DNA from: Parvularculaceae bacterium | Lineage (GTDB): Bacteria; Pseudomonadota; Alphaproteobacteria; Caulobacterales; Parvularculaceae | Direction of reading: 5' to 3' | NCBI GenBank assembly: GCA_041740755.1 | Contig: JBGSLM010000197.1 | Location: forward strand, 2,999-66,998 | DNA: 64,000 nucleotides | Shown: one piece after another, positions 1 through 9,755 of the stretch | Layout of the letters: each line of letters opens with the position of its first letter | Position numbering within the stretch: position 1 is the first letter of the stretch | The notes under the pieces: model-generated | What the model was told of the DNA's origin: nothing | The model's input: only the letters and a program-made list of their open reading frames with translations | Database searches by the model: none | Position numbers and translations under genes: made by a program

Positions 1-531
1 CATCTCGACGGCAAGGAAGTCGTCGACACGGCGACGATGGTGCAGCGCGTTCGCGCGGCGTCGGACGCAAAGCGCGATCCGAATTTCATCCTGATTGCGC
101 GCTCCGACGCGCGCGCGGTTGAAGGCCTCGACAAGGCGATTGACCGGATGAAAGCCTATATCGACGCCGGCGCCGACATGATCTTCCCCGAAGCGATGGC
201 GAACGAGAAGGAATTCGAGGCGGTCAGAAAAGCGCTATCCGTCCCGATCCTCGCCAACATGACCGAATTCGGAAAATCGCGGCTTTTGAACAAAAAGGAA
301 CTCGAAGCGATCGGCTTCAACCTTGTCATCTATCCGGTGACGACCTTGCGCCTTGCGATGTTCGGCGCCGAAAAGGGGCTCGATGCGATATTAAAGGACG
401 GCGACCAGAACGGCGTCCTCAACATCATGCAGCACAGGCGTGATCTCTACGATCTGTTGCGCTATCACGAGTACAACCAGTTCGATCAATCGATTTACAA
501 TTTCCAGGTCGCGGACACGCCGAAGGAGTAA
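1..531 (+). CDS. prpB: 2-methylisocitrate lyase, 5'-truncated by window edge
   Basis: Frame open from base 1 (HLDGKEVV...). ICL/PEP-mutase motifs IARSDARAVEG, DMIFPEA and ILANMTEFGKS. Directly upstream of methylcitrate synthase. Confidence 0.93.
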   Translation, partial: HLDGKEVVDTATMVQRVRAASDAKRDPNFILIARSDARAVEGLDKAIDRMKAYIDAGADMIFPEAMANEKEFEAVRKALSVPILANMTEFGKSRLLNKKELEAIGFNLVIYPVTTLRLAMFGAEKGLDAILKDGDQNGVLNIMQHRRDLYDLLRYHEYNQFDQSIYNFQVADTPKE

Positions 532-565
532 ATCGGTGTCATCGAGCGAAGACATATATGCCGGC

Positions 566-775
566 ATGACGATGAACGAGCAATTGTGTGCATCCGGCAG
601 GATGGCGGAATTTGATCGAGCGGTATTCTGGCGGGATCGGGCTAAGATCGTCGAGATCTATAAGGACTTGGCGCCCACCACCGATCCAGAGTGCGCTGCC
701 AATAGTATTTTGCGAGGCCCACTTGATCGGGTTATCGCTGGCGTAAGGTCGTGGCTGTGTGGCAATAAACAATAA
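566..775 (+). CDS. small hypothetical protein (69 aa)
   Basis: ATG at 566 (MTMNEQLCASGRMAEFDRAV...) fills the gap between prpB and prpC on the same strand. No recognised motif. Confidence 0.5.
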   Translation: MTMNEQLCASGRMAEFDRAVFWRDRAKIVEIYKDLAPTTDPECAANSILRGPLDRVIAGVRSWLCGNKQ

Positions 776-785
776 GGGCTAAAAG

Positions 786-1922
786 ATGTCTGCTGACGAA
801 GTAAAATACGGGCTTGCAGGCGTCATCGCCGACGACACCGCTGTCTCGAAGGTGATGCCGGAGATCAACTCGCTGACCTATCGCGGCTACAAGGTGCAGG
901 ACTTGGCGACTGCGTGCCGGTTCGAGGAAGTCGCGTATCTCATCTGGAACGGCGAATTGCCGACCAAGATGCAGCTCGACGCGTTCAACGCCGCCGAGAA
1001 GAACGAGCGGGGGCTTTCCGCCGACACGCTGAAACTTCTCTCGATGATGAATCACAAGGCGCATCCGATGGATACGCTGCGCACTGCTGTCTCGTTCCTC
1101 GGCCAGGAGGACGCGTCGGCGAACGACTCGTCGCGCGCTGCGCTCTATGCGAAATCGATCCGGCTGTTTGCGAAGATCCCCGAAATCGTCGCCGCCGATT
1201 TCCGGCTCAGAAACGGCAAGGCGCCGATTGCGCCGACGAAGGATCTCGCCTTCTCCGAGAACTTCTTTCACATGTGTTTTGGCGAAGTGCCAAAACCCGA
1301 AGTCGTCAAATGTTTTGACATATCGATGACGCTGTACGCGGAGCATTCGTTCAACGCATCGACCTTTACGGCGCGCACGATCGCCTCGTCGCTTTCCGAC
1401 ATTTATTCGGCGGTGACGGGCGCCATCGGCTCGCTCAAAGGTCCGCTGCATGGCGGCGCCAATGAAGCCGTCATGCACATGCTGACGGAAGTCGGATCGC
1501 CTGATATCGCCGAAGCGTGGATGATGGACGCGCTTGCGACCAAGAAGAAGATCATGGGGTTCGGCCACCGCGTCTACCGCTCGGGCGACAGCCGCGTTCC
1601 GACCATGACCGACGCCTACAAGAAGATGGTCGACGTCATCGGAACGGATGAAGCGAAGAAATACTGGAAAATCAGCCGCACGCTTGACGACGTGATGGTG
1701 CGCGAGAAGGGCATTTACCCGAACCTCGATTTCCCTGCGGGACCGGCCTATTATCTGATGGGCTTCGAGATTCCGATGTTCACGCCGATTTTCGTCGTCT
1801 CGCGCATCACCGGGTGGACGGCGCATGTGATTGAACAGCTGTCGGCGAACAAGCTGGTGCGGCCGCTCTCGAATTACACGGGCGCCCCGCAGCGCGACGT
1901 GTCGCCGATTGAGAAAAGGTAG
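786..1922 (+). CDS. prpC: 2-methylcitrate synthase / citrate synthase family
   Basis: [28 protein letters not shown] and YPNLDF motifs. 378 aa short type, next to prpB. Confidence 0.92.
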   Translation: MSADEVKYGLAGVIADDTAVSKVMPEINSLTYRGYKVQDLATACRFEEVAYLIWNGELPTKMQLDAFNAAEKNERGLSADTLKLLSMMNHKAHPMDTLRTAVSFLGQEDASANDSSRAALYAKSIRLFAKIPEIVAADFRLRNGKAPIAPTKDLAFSENFFHMCFGEVPKPEVVKCFDISMTLYAEHSFNASTFTARTIASSLSDIYSAVTGAIGSLKGPLHGGANEAVMHMLTEVGSPDIAEAWMMDALATKKKIMGFGHRVYRSGDSRVPTMTDAYKKMVDVIGTDEAKKYWKISRTLDDVMVREKGIYPNLDFPAGPAYYLMGFEIPMFTPIFVVSRITGWTAHVIEQLSANKLVRPLSNYTGAPQRDVSPIEKR

Positions 1923-1924
1923 AA

Positions 1925-2515
1925 ATGGGAAATACGCGCGAACGCTCCGATGAAGAACGCCTCCGCGCGATGGCGGCGGTCGAAGAGCTGATCCGCTGGA
2001 TTGGCGATGACCCTTCGCGCGAGGGTCTTGCCGATACGCCCCAGCGCGTCGTCGACGCCTTCCTAGAATATTTCAAGGGATATGAGGAATGCGCCGACAC
2101 CTATCTTACGCGCACCTTCGAGCAGGTCGGCGGGTATGACGAAATCGTCCTCCTGCGCGATATTCCGTTTCATTCGCACTGCGAACATCACATGGCGCCG
2201 ATCATCGGCAAGGCGCATGTCGCCTATCTGCCGAAGGATCGCGTCGTCGGAATATCAAAACTTGCGCGCGTCGTTCACGCCTTCGCCAAGCGCCTTCAGG
2301 TGCAAGAGAGGCTGACTGCTGAGATCGCCGACTGTATCGAGCGGGTGCTCGAACCGATCGGCGTTGCGGTCGTCATCGAGGCGACGCACGCCTGCATGAC
2401 CTGCCGGGGCGTTGAGACGCCGGGCGTCATCATGACGACAAGCCGCATGATGGGCGCATTCCGCGAAGACCCGCGGTCGCGTCAGGAAGTTCTGAAGCTG
2501 ATGGGATTCAACTGA
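1925..2515 (+). CDS. folE: GTP cyclohydrolase I
   Basis: REGLADTPQRV, SHCEHH, GISKLAR, RLQVQERLT and HACMTCRG motifs. Confidence 0.96.
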   Translation: MGNTRERSDEERLRAMAAVEELIRWIGDDPSREGLADTPQRVVDAFLEYFKGYEECADTYLTRTFEQVGGYDEIVLLRDIPFHSHCEHHMAPIIGKAHVAYLPKDRVVGISKLARVVHAFAKRLQVQERLTAEIADCIERVLEPIGVAVVIEATHACMTCRGVETPGVIMTTSRMMGAFREDPRSRQEVLKLMGFN

Positions 2516-2521
2516 GAAAGA

Positions 2522-2620
2522 GGCGATTGGTGAATGGCGAGTAGCGAATAGATGCTTTCGCTGGATGTGACAAATCCGCTACGATATTCGCCATTCGCCG
2601 TTCCCCATTCACTATTCGCC
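2522..2620. repeat. inverted arrays of heptamer repeats (RGCGAAT / ATTCGCY)
   Basis: ggcgatt-ggtgaat-ggcgagt-agcgaat (2522-2549) faces attcgcc-attcgcc-gttcccc-attcact-attcgcc (2586-2620). Confidence 0.8.
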
Positions 2621-2646
2621 AACACTAACCGCTCTTGAGGCCACCC

Positions 2647-3423
2647 ATGCCCTACCAATGCATCCTTCTCGAAACCGATGGCGCCGTCGGGATAGTTACG
2701 CTCAACCGGCCGGAGGCGCTCAACGCCTTTTCGAACCAGCTGATGGATGAGCTGACCGATGCGCTGAAGAAACTTGAGGCGGACGACAATATCGGCTGCA
2801 TCGTCATCACCGGCTCTGAAAAAGCGTTCGCCGCCGGCGCCGACATCAAGGAAATGGCGTCGAAGACTTATATGGAAGTCTTCAACGAGCAGTTCATCAC
2901 GCGAAACTGGGAAGAGACGACGCGCTGCAGGAAGCCTGTGATTGCGGCGGTCGCCGGTTACGCGCTCGGCGGCGGATGCGAACTCGCCATGATGGCCGAC
3001 TTCATCATCGCCGCCGACAACGCCAAATTCGGCCAGCCGGAAATCACCATCGGCGCGATGCCGGGCGCCGGCGGCACGCAGCGCCTCGCGCGGTTCATCG
3101 GCAAATCGAAAGCGATGGAAATGTGCCTGACGGGCCGCATGATGGATGTTCAGGAAGCAGAGCGCTGCGGGCTTGTCTCCCGCATCGTTCCAAAAGGCGA
3201 ATTGCGCGCCGAGGCGATCAAGACGGCGAAACAGATAGCGTCCTATTCGCGGCCGATCGTGATGTTGACGAAAGACGCCGTCAATCGCGCGTTTGAACTG
3301 CCGTTGACCGAAGGCGTGCGTTTTGAGCGCCGCGTTTTCCATTCAATTTTCGGCACAGAAGATCAGCAGGAAGGCATGGCCGCCTTCGTCGAAAAGCGAA
3401 AGCCCGCGTTCAGGAACCGTTAA
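2647..3423 (+). CDS. enoyl-CoA hydratase
   Basis: [37 protein letters not shown] and PGAGGTQRL crotonase motifs. Confidence 0.95.
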   Translation: MPYQCILLETDGAVGIVTLNRPEALNAFSNQLMDELTDALKKLEADDNIGCIVITGSEKAFAAGADIKEMASKTYMEVFNEQFITRNWEETTRCRKPVIAAVAGYALGGGCELAMMADFIIAADNAKFGQPEITIGAMPGAGGTQRLARFIGKSKAMEMCLTGRMMDVQEAERCGLVSRIVPKGELRAEAIKTAKQIASYSRPIVMLTKDAVNRAFELPLTEGVRFERRVFHSIFGTEDQQEGMAAFVEKRKPAFRNR

Positions 3424-3532
3424 GGAAGCCGACTTGGCGCGCGACCGGCGCTGAACAACGCGCGCATTGCGTGTATTTGCCGATGAAATCGCTGTTACAA
3501 GGCGCGCGGCGCGCGCATTCCACACGCTCTGG

Positions 3533-3547
3533 TTAACGGCGCATTAG
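3533..3547 (+). promoter_or_regulatory. CtrA-box-like site
   Basis: TTAA-cggcgca-TTAG, one mismatch to TTAA-N7-TTAA, about 40 bp upstream of the kinase start. Confidence 0.45.
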
Positions 3548-3585
3548 CGCTTGAACTCTAGCGTCGATCTTTCGGGAAAAGGTCG

Positions 3586-4458
3586 ATGCGAACAGAGACG
3601 AAATTCAATTCCGCGTCCAGCACGCTGATGAGCGCGTTCGCCTCCGGCATGGCGGAGGCGATGGCCGTGCGCCGCGCCGGCATGATGGCGAAAGCCGCGC
3701 GCGCGGAAGCGGAAATGTCGATCAAGGCGCGCGCCGAATTTCTCGCCAACATGAATCACGAGCTGAGAACGCCGCTGAACGCCGTCATCGGCTTTGCGAC
3801 GATGCTGAAGGAGGGCGAGGCGTACAAGCTGACAGATGAGCAGCGAGAGACCTACGCCGGCTATATTCTGCAATCCGCCGACCTCTTGCTCAGCCATATC
3901 AACACGCTGCTTGAAGCGGCGGCTCTTGACGGCGGCGCGTTGTCGTTTGAGCCGGATGCGGTCGATCTTAGCGCCGCGCTTGATGAAGCGGTAAAGCGCG
4001 CAAAGATCGCAGCAGACGCCGCGAAAGTCAGCATAGACATCAAATCGGACGGCGCCGCCGCGCAAGGGTGGGGCGATAATATCCGCACCGGACAGGCGCT
4101 TGACCACATTATCCGCACAGCGATCAAAGTCTCGCCCGAAAGATCGCGCATTCTCGTGCGCGCCCTTGCTGACAGCGAGGGATGGGCCGAGATCGCCGTG
4201 CGCGATCGTGGGCCGGGCATGTCCGAGGGCGAAATCGAAAAGGCGTTGACGGCGTTTCAGGAAACCCATCGCGGGCTGGACCGCTCGTTCGCGGGCCCTG
4301 GCATCGGTCTCGCCATCGCCAAGACTTTTGTCGAACTTCAGGGCGGGCGATTTTCAGTGAAATCAAAGATCGGCGAGGGAACACTCGTTCGCATCGCGCT
4401 GCGGCCGCCGCAAGCGGCCGCCGCTGCGCAAGACGATGAAATGAAACTCGCCGGCTAG
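3586..4458 (+). CDS. sensor-less histidine kinase-like protein (HisKA + HATPase_c), PleC/DivJ-like H-box, degenerate N-box
   Basis: FLANMNHELRTPLNAVIGF H-box, DRGPG G1 box and GPGIGLAIAK G2 box. The N-box reads QALDHIIRTAIKV. No TM or PAS input domain. Confidence 0.88.
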   Translation: MRTETKFNSASSTLMSAFASGMAEAMAVRRAGMMAKAARAEAEMSIKARAEFLANMNHELRTPLNAVIGFATMLKEGEAYKLTDEQRETYAGYILQSADLLLSHINTLLEAAALDGGALSFEPDAVDLSAALDEAVKRAKIAADAAKVSIDIKSDGAAAQGWGDNIRTGQALDHIIRTAIKVSPERSRILVRALADSEGWAEIAVRDRGPGMSEGEIEKALTAFQETHRGLDRSFAGPGIGLAIAKTFVELQGGRFSVKSKIGEGTLVRIALRPPQAAAAAQDDEMKLAG

Positions 4459-4479
4459 GTCCGGCGCGAGGAGAATTAA

Positions 4480-6171
4480 ATGAGCCAGGCAGCAGTTGAA
4501 AACGTCACCGCCGCAGACAAACTTCGCGCCGCCGCGCAGCGCCGGAAAATGCGGCTTGGCGAGGTCGTATCCGTCAACGGAAGCCACGCGCTCGTCATGC
4601 TGGACGAAGATCGTCCCGATCTCGACCGCGTTCACCGCCCGCAGCTCGGCGCAATTTTGTCGATTGATACGGGAACATGCATCGTTTTAGGGCTCGTGTC
4701 GGCGATGAGCGTCCCCGCGCCCTCGCTCGATTCCGGCGGCAAGGATCTTCGGATCATCGAATTGGAATTGATCGGCGAGTTCACCAAGCCGACGCAAAAA
4801 ACTCCGGCGCGCTTTCGGCGCGGCGTTTCGACCTATCCGACGCTGCATGACGAGGTGCAGATCGCGGCGCGTGAGGAACTCGCGGCGCTCTTTGCTGCAA
4901 ACGGATCGGCGAGCGTCAGGATCGGCGTCGTCAAGCAGGACGTTGCAATTCCGGCGACCGTCTCTGTCAATGACCTTTTCTCGCGCCACTGTGCGATCCT
5001 CGGCACGACGGGCGCTGGAAAGTCATGCGCCATTACGCTGATGTTGCAGGCGGTTTTACAGCGTTATCACAACGGCCATATCGTCATTCTCGATCCGCAT
5101 AACGAATATTCGCACTGCTTCGGCTCGGACGCCGTCGTCTTCGACACGACAAGCCTTACGCTTCCCTATTGGATGCTCACATTCGAAGAACTCGTCGAAA
5201 TTCTCTATCCCGGCCGCGTCAATTGCGCAGAAGAGGTCGAAATTCTCGGCGACATGATCCCGCTCGCCAAGAAAATGAACCTTGGAAACGCGGCGGGCGG
5301 CGCGAAACTGATGGCCGACCGCCGCGAAGGATCGACCATCACGGTCGACACGCCCGTTCCCTACCGCATATCGGAATTGCTGACGCTGATCGACAAGACG
5401 CTCGGCAGTCTTGAAAACGCGCGCGCGACGGGCCCCTATAAGCGCCTGCGCGCCCGCCTACACGGCATCAGCCAGGACGCGCGATACAGTTTCATGTTCG
5501 GCGGTCTGACCGTCCAGGACACGATGGCGGAGTTTTTAGGCCAACTGTTCCGCATTCCAGTCGAAGGCTCGCCGATCTCGATCATCGAACTCGGCGGGCT
5601 TCCGGCGGAAGTTGCGCAAGTGATCGTCTCGGTCGTCACGCGCCTCGCGTTTGAATTCGGGCTGTGGAGCCACGGCGCCGCGCCGATCGCGATCATCGTC
5701 GAGGATGCGCACCGCTATGCGCCCGCAAAGGAGAATGTCGGCTTTGCGCCGACGCGCAAGGCGCTCATCCGCATCGCCAAGGAAGGCCGCAAGGTCGGCG
5801 TCTCGCTCTGGGTCGCGTCGCAGCGCCCGACCGAACTCGACGCGACGATCCTTTCCCAATGCAACACGATTTTCGCCATGCGTCTTGCAAACCAGGCGGA
5901 TCAGGAAGCCCTGCGCGCCGCAGTGCCGGACGCGTCGACAAGTCTTCTCTCATGCCTGCCCTCGCTCGGACTTGGCGAGGCGATCGCGGTCGGCGAGGGC
6001 GTTCCGCTGCCGACGCGGATCCGCTTCGACGCGCTTCCGCGCGAATCCGTGCCGCGAAGCCTGACCGCAAGCTTCACCGACGGCTGGTCTGTCGATGTCG
6101 ACGATAAATCGTTTATCACCCGCATCGTCGAGCAATGGCGCGCGCAAAAGCTGCTTTTGCCTGACGTTTGA
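4480..6171 (+). CDS. HerA-like / DUF87 ATPase
   Basis: N-terminal barrel-like region, Walker A GTTGAGKS, ILDPHNEY, Walker B IIVEDAHRY, IAKEGRKVG and SQRPTEL. Confidence 0.88.
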   Translation: MSQAAVENVTAADKLRAAAQRRKMRLGEVVSVNGSHALVMLDEDRPDLDRVHRPQLGAILSIDTGTCIVLGLVSAMSVPAPSLDSGGKDLRIIELELIGEFTKPTQKTPARFRRGVSTYPTLHDEVQIAAREELAALFAANGSASVRIGVVKQDVAIPATVSVNDLFSRHCAILGTTGAGKSCAITLMLQAVLQRYHNGHIVILDPHNEYSHCFGSDAVVFDTTSLTLPYWMLTFEELVEILYPGRVNCAEEVEILGDMIPLAKKMNLGNAAGGAKLMADRREGSTITVDTPVPYRISELLTLIDKTLGSLENARATGPYKRLRARLHGISQDARYSFMFGGLTVQDTMAEFLGQLFRIPVEGSPISIIELGGLPAEVAQVIVSVVTRLAFEFGLWSHGAAPIAIIVEDAHRYAPAKENVGFAPTRKALIRIAKEGRKVGVSLWVASQRPTELDATILSQCNTIFAMRLANQADQEALRAAVPDASTSLLSCLPSLGLGEAIAVGEGVPLPTRIRFDALPRESVPRSLTASFTDGWSVDVDDKSFITRIVEQWRAQKLLLPDV

Positions 6172-6308
6172 GCAGGCTTTCAATCTGATCGGCGTGAACA
6201 GCGCCGCAGCCCCGTTCGCTGACAATATGGTCATGAACGGTTGTAATCGCGCGCCTGACCCCTACCTAAGAGCGGCTTCAGCCGCCGCTTTTGTCAGGAG
6301 TTCATCAG

Positions 6309-6896
6309 ATGATCACGCTGCCAGACCTTCCCTATGAGCGCAGCGCGCTCGCACCGCATATTTCAAGCGGGACCATAGGGTTTCATTATGACAGGCACCA
6401 TAAGTCCTATGTCGACAAAACAAACGAATTGATCGAAGGCGGAAAGCTGGCGAACGCTTCTCTTGAAGATGTCGTTCGAGAGTCCGAAGGCCGCGATCAG
6501 ATTTTGTTCAACAACGCCGCGCAAGCCTGGAACCACGAATTTTACTGGCGATCCATGGCGCCCGGAGGCGGCGGCGAGCCGAAGGGCGACATCGCAGCGC
6601 TAATCGAGAAATCTTTTGGCGGCCATCAGCTTTTCGCGAAGAAATTTGCCGACGCCGGGACAGGCCAATTCGGCTCCGGCTGGGTCTGGCTGGTGCGGCG
6701 CGGCGCGGGGCTGGAGATTGTCAAAACCTCCAATGCCGAAACGCCGCTCACCGGGGATATGGCGCCGCTCCTTACGATGGACGTTTGGGAGCACGCCTAT
6801 TATCTCGACTATCAGAACGCCCGTGCGAAATATGTCGCCGCGTTCCTCGATCATCTCATAAACTGGGATTTTGCGAACGAGAACCTCGCGCGCTGA
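6309..6896 (+). CDS. sodB: Fe superoxide dismutase
   Basis: LPDLPY, HYDRHH, FNNAAQAWNH (Fe-type), QFGSGWVW and DVWEHAYY. Confidence 0.93.
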   Translation: MITLPDLPYERSALAPHISSGTIGFHYDRHHKSYVDKTNELIEGGKLANASLEDVVRESEGRDQILFNNAAQAWNHEFYWRSMAPGGGGEPKGDIAALIEKSFGGHQLFAKKFADAGTGQFGSGWVWLVRRGAGLEIVKTSNAETPLTGDMAPLLTMDVWEHAYYLDYQNARAKYVAAFLDHLINWDFANENLAR

Positions 6897-6972
6897 GGTC
6901 CGAACGCCGCTGCGTGCGGCAATTGCTTGATTGTGGGGAGTTCCTTGCGCAAAATGCGGCAAGGAGGGCCCC

Positions 6973-7971
6973 ATGATTCGATCCGTTCTCACCGCGCTGC
7001 TTCTCGTCGCGACGGCGCCGGCTTTTGCCGAGGCGCCAATCACCATTGTCATTCACGGCGGCGCTGGCGCGCTTCAACCCGGACAATACACACCCCTTGA
7101 AGAAGCCGCCTACAAGGCGAAGCTCGGCGAGGCGCTGGATGAGGGCTATGCCGTTCTCCATCGCGGCGGATCGGCTGTCGATGCGGTGCAGACCGCGATC
7201 CTCGTCATGGAGGACTCGCCGCTTTTCAACGCGGGGAAGGGCGCGGTCTTCACCTATGAAGGGAAGAACGAACTCGACGCATCGATCATGGACGGACGCA
7301 CCAAAGCGGCTGGTGCGGTCGCCGGGGTGACGCACATCAAAAATCCGATCCGCCTTGCGCGCGCCGTGATGGAACATTCGCCGCATGTGATGATGGTCGG
7401 CGAGGGCGCCGAAGAATTCGCAAAGACGCAAAAGCTGGTGTTCGTCAAGCGTTCCTATTTCAAAACGGAAGCGCGCTGGCGCGCCTACAAGGATGCGCTG
7501 AAGAACGAGAAGGATAAAAAGTCCGCTCAAAAGGAAAGCGGCCTGCCGCATGATTTCAAATACGGCACGGTCGGCGCCGTTGCGCTCGACGCGCACGGAA
7601 ATCTCGCTGCGGGAACATCAACCGGCGGCATGACGCTGAAGCGTTACGGCCGCGTCGGCGATGCGCCGATCATCGGCGCTGGAACTTTCGCCGACAACAA
7701 TTCCTGCGCCGTTTCGGCGACCGGCTGGGGCGAGTACTTCATCCGCCTGACGATCGCGCGCGATATTTGCGCGCAGGTTGAATATGCGAACAAGTCCGTC
7801 GCCGATGCGACGAAAGACGTCATCCATAACCGCCTGCAAAAATCCGGCGGCGACGGCGGCGTCATCGTTCTGGCGCCGAACGGCGACTTCGTGATGGATT
7901 TCAATTCCGCCGGCATGTTCCGGGGCGTCAAGCAGGGCGAGCGAACAGAAGTCGCGATCTACCGGGAGTGA
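6973..7971 (+). CDS. iaaA: isoaspartyl peptidase / L-asparaginase (Ntn hydrolase), signal peptide
   Basis: IHGGAG, FNAGKG, ELDASIMDG, GTVGAVA (catalytic Thr), TSTGG and GRVGD. RBS aaggag before the ATG at 6973. Confidence 0.92.
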   Translation: MIRSVLTALLLVATAPAFAEAPITIVIHGGAGALQPGQYTPLEEAAYKAKLGEALDEGYAVLHRGGSAVDAVQTAILVMEDSPLFNAGKGAVFTYEGKNELDASIMDGRTKAAGAVAGVTHIKNPIRLARAVMEHSPHVMMVGEGAEEFAKTQKLVFVKRSYFKTEARWRAYKDALKNEKDKKSAQKESGLPHDFKYGTVGAVALDAHGNLAAGTSTGGMTLKRYGRVGDAPIIGAGTFADNNSCAVSATGWGEYFIRLTIARDICAQVEYANKSVADATKDVIHNRLQKSGGDGGVIVLAPNGDFVMDFNSAGMFRGVKQGERTEVAIYRE

Positions 7972-8068
7972 AAAATCCGGGCGACGGTGACAATTAAGCC
8001 CTGCTGCTAAGCCGAGTATTCCATCTCACCGACACGCGCTAGTCTCTCCCAAGAATCGGGAGGGATTT

Positions 8069-9736
8069 ATGGAATTAAATCGCAGGATTTTCATCGGCGG
8101 CGCGGCGGTTGCGGCAACGCTTGCGGCGAGCGCAGAGGCCAAACCTCGAAGCGTCGGCGGCGGAAAGGCGGAGGCGAAAGCGCTAAAGGCGCTCGAAGCC
8201 TATGCGGCATTGCATCGCGCCGAGTGGGGAATTCCCGGCATGACGATAGCGGTAGTGACGCGCGAGGGTTTTGAAGGGTTCGTCACGTCCGGCCTTGCCG
8301 ATGTCGACAGGAAAATTCCAGTTGGGCCGGATCACCTTTTTCAGGTTGGCTCGATCTCTAAGATGTTCACGGCGCTTGCCGCCTATTCGCTATTTGACGA
8401 AGGTAAACTCTCGCCGGACGCCAAACTTGAAAGCGTGCTGAAAGGCGTATCGGTGCGCGGCGGCAAGGCGATCACTTTGCAGCAGCTCCTCAATCATACG
8501 ACGGGCCTTCCGGCCGATTCCGCAACCTTCCCGGAAGGCGGATTGTGGACAGGTTTTGAACCCGGAACGAGCTGGTCCTATTCAAATTCCGGCTACGCCC
8601 TTGCCGGCATGATGGCGCAGGCGGCGAGCGGCAAGCTTTACGAAGATCTTGTGCGTGAGAGGGTTCTCGAAAAAATAGGCATGACGAATTCAATCGCTGC
8701 AATGCATGTCGCCGATCGCCATCGTTATGCGCAAGGGTACGAGCCCGCACTGACGGACCGGCTGAACCCGCGCCCCGGCGCGATGACGGCGACGCCGTGG
8801 GTTGATTCAGACAGTCCTGCCGGATGCATTGCGGCGACAGCGGGCGACATGGCGAAATTCCTGCGCTTCCTGCTTGGCCTTGCCGAAGGAAAAGGCGGGG
8901 CCGTCTTTTCGGACGAAACGGCGAAAAAGTTTCTCGCCGATCCTGCGGACGGTTGGGGGCCAGGCGCGCACTATGGCAATGGCGTCGCGCGCATCGAAAT
9001 CGACGGACGCAAATACCTGCACCACACCGGCGGCATGGTGTCGTTCTGCTCTGCGCTGCATGTCGATGCAGAGGCGGGCGTTGCAGCTTTCGCTTCGACC
9101 AATATCCACTACTCCCTCAATTACAGGCCGGTTCGCGTCACGACCTACGCCTGCGAGCTGTTGCGCGCCGTCAAGGAAGGGAAGCCCGCGCCAGCGCCGA
9201 AACCGGCGACGATCGCGCTTGAAAAGCCGGATCAATATGTCGGAACCTTCACATCAGCGGGCGGCGACCGTTTTGAAGTTCGAAATGACGGCGGAACCCT
9301 TCGGCTGACCCGCGATGGACGAGACAGCCTGATGCAGCAGGCCGCAGGGTCCTTGTTCGCAACGAGCGATCCGGACTTCGCCGTCACTGGCGTCGTCATC
9401 GACGTCGAAAATGAAAAGGCGGTACGCGCGTGGGCGGGCGATGTTGAATATCTTGTCGACCCGTCAATAGGCTATAAGCCTGCGGCGAGCATCGAGCTTC
9501 GCGCGCTCTCTGGCCGCTATGACAATGACGACCGCTGGGCGGGCCCGCTTTATATTTATGCGCGCGATGGCGGCATCTGGATCGGAAATGCCGAACCGTT
9601 GACGCCGATCGGAGAGAACGAATGGTGCCTTGGCGACGAGAATTCGCCTGAGCGCGTGAAGTTTGACGGCTTCATCAACGGCCGCCCAAACCGGCTTTTG
9701 TTCTCGGGGACGCCGTTTATCCGCCGGTTCAGCTGA
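8069..9736 (+). CDS. Tat-exported serine hydrolase (beta-lactamase class C-like)
   Basis: NRRIFIGG twin-arginine leader, SxxK (SISK), YSN and HTG motifs, plus C-terminal extra domains. Confidence 0.88.
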   Translation: MELNRRIFIGGAAVAATLAASAEAKPRSVGGGKAEAKALKALEAYAALHRAEWGIPGMTIAVVTREGFEGFVTSGLADVDRKIPVGPDHLFQVGSISKMFTALAAYSLFDEGKLSPDAKLESVLKGVSVRGGKAITLQQLLNHTTGLPADSATFPEGGLWTGFEPGTSWSYSNSGYALAGMMAQAASGKLYEDLVRERVLEKIGMTNSIAAMHVADRHRYAQGYEPALTDRLNPRPGAMTATPWVDSDSPAGCIAATAGDMAKFLRFLLGLAEGKGGAVFSDETAKKFLADPADGWGPGAHYGNGVARIEIDGRKYLHHTGGMVSFCSALHVDAEAGVAAFASTNIHYSLNYRPVRVTTYACELLRAVKEGKPAPAPKPATIALEKPDQYVGTFTSAGGDRFEVRNDGGTLRLTRDGRDSLMQQAAGSLFATSDPDFAVTGVVIDVENEKAVRAWAGDVEYLVDPSIGYKPAASIELRALSGRYDNDDRWAGPLYIYARDGGIWIGNAEPLTPIGENEWCLGDENSPERVKFDGFINGRPNRLLFSGTPFIRRFS

Positions 9737-9755
9737 CCAATTTCAGGAAGCAGAT

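Noticed and set aside
732-1826. Long antisense and alternate-frame ORFs (for example 732-1826, 41481-42512, 50293-51204, 61763-62917)
   Set aside because: These are shadows of well-supported genes in high-GC DNA, with Arg-rich composition and no motifs.
2522-2620. CRISPR array (also considered for the other repeat clusters)
   Set aside because: The units are 7-nt tandem or inverted doublets with no repeat-spacer periodicity, and there are no cas genes.
4480-6171. HerA anti-phage defence system (Sir2-HerA, NurA-HerA, Nezha-like)
   Set aside because: No nuclease, sirtuin or other effector is adjacent. The neighbours are a kinase-like gene and sodB in core-like context.
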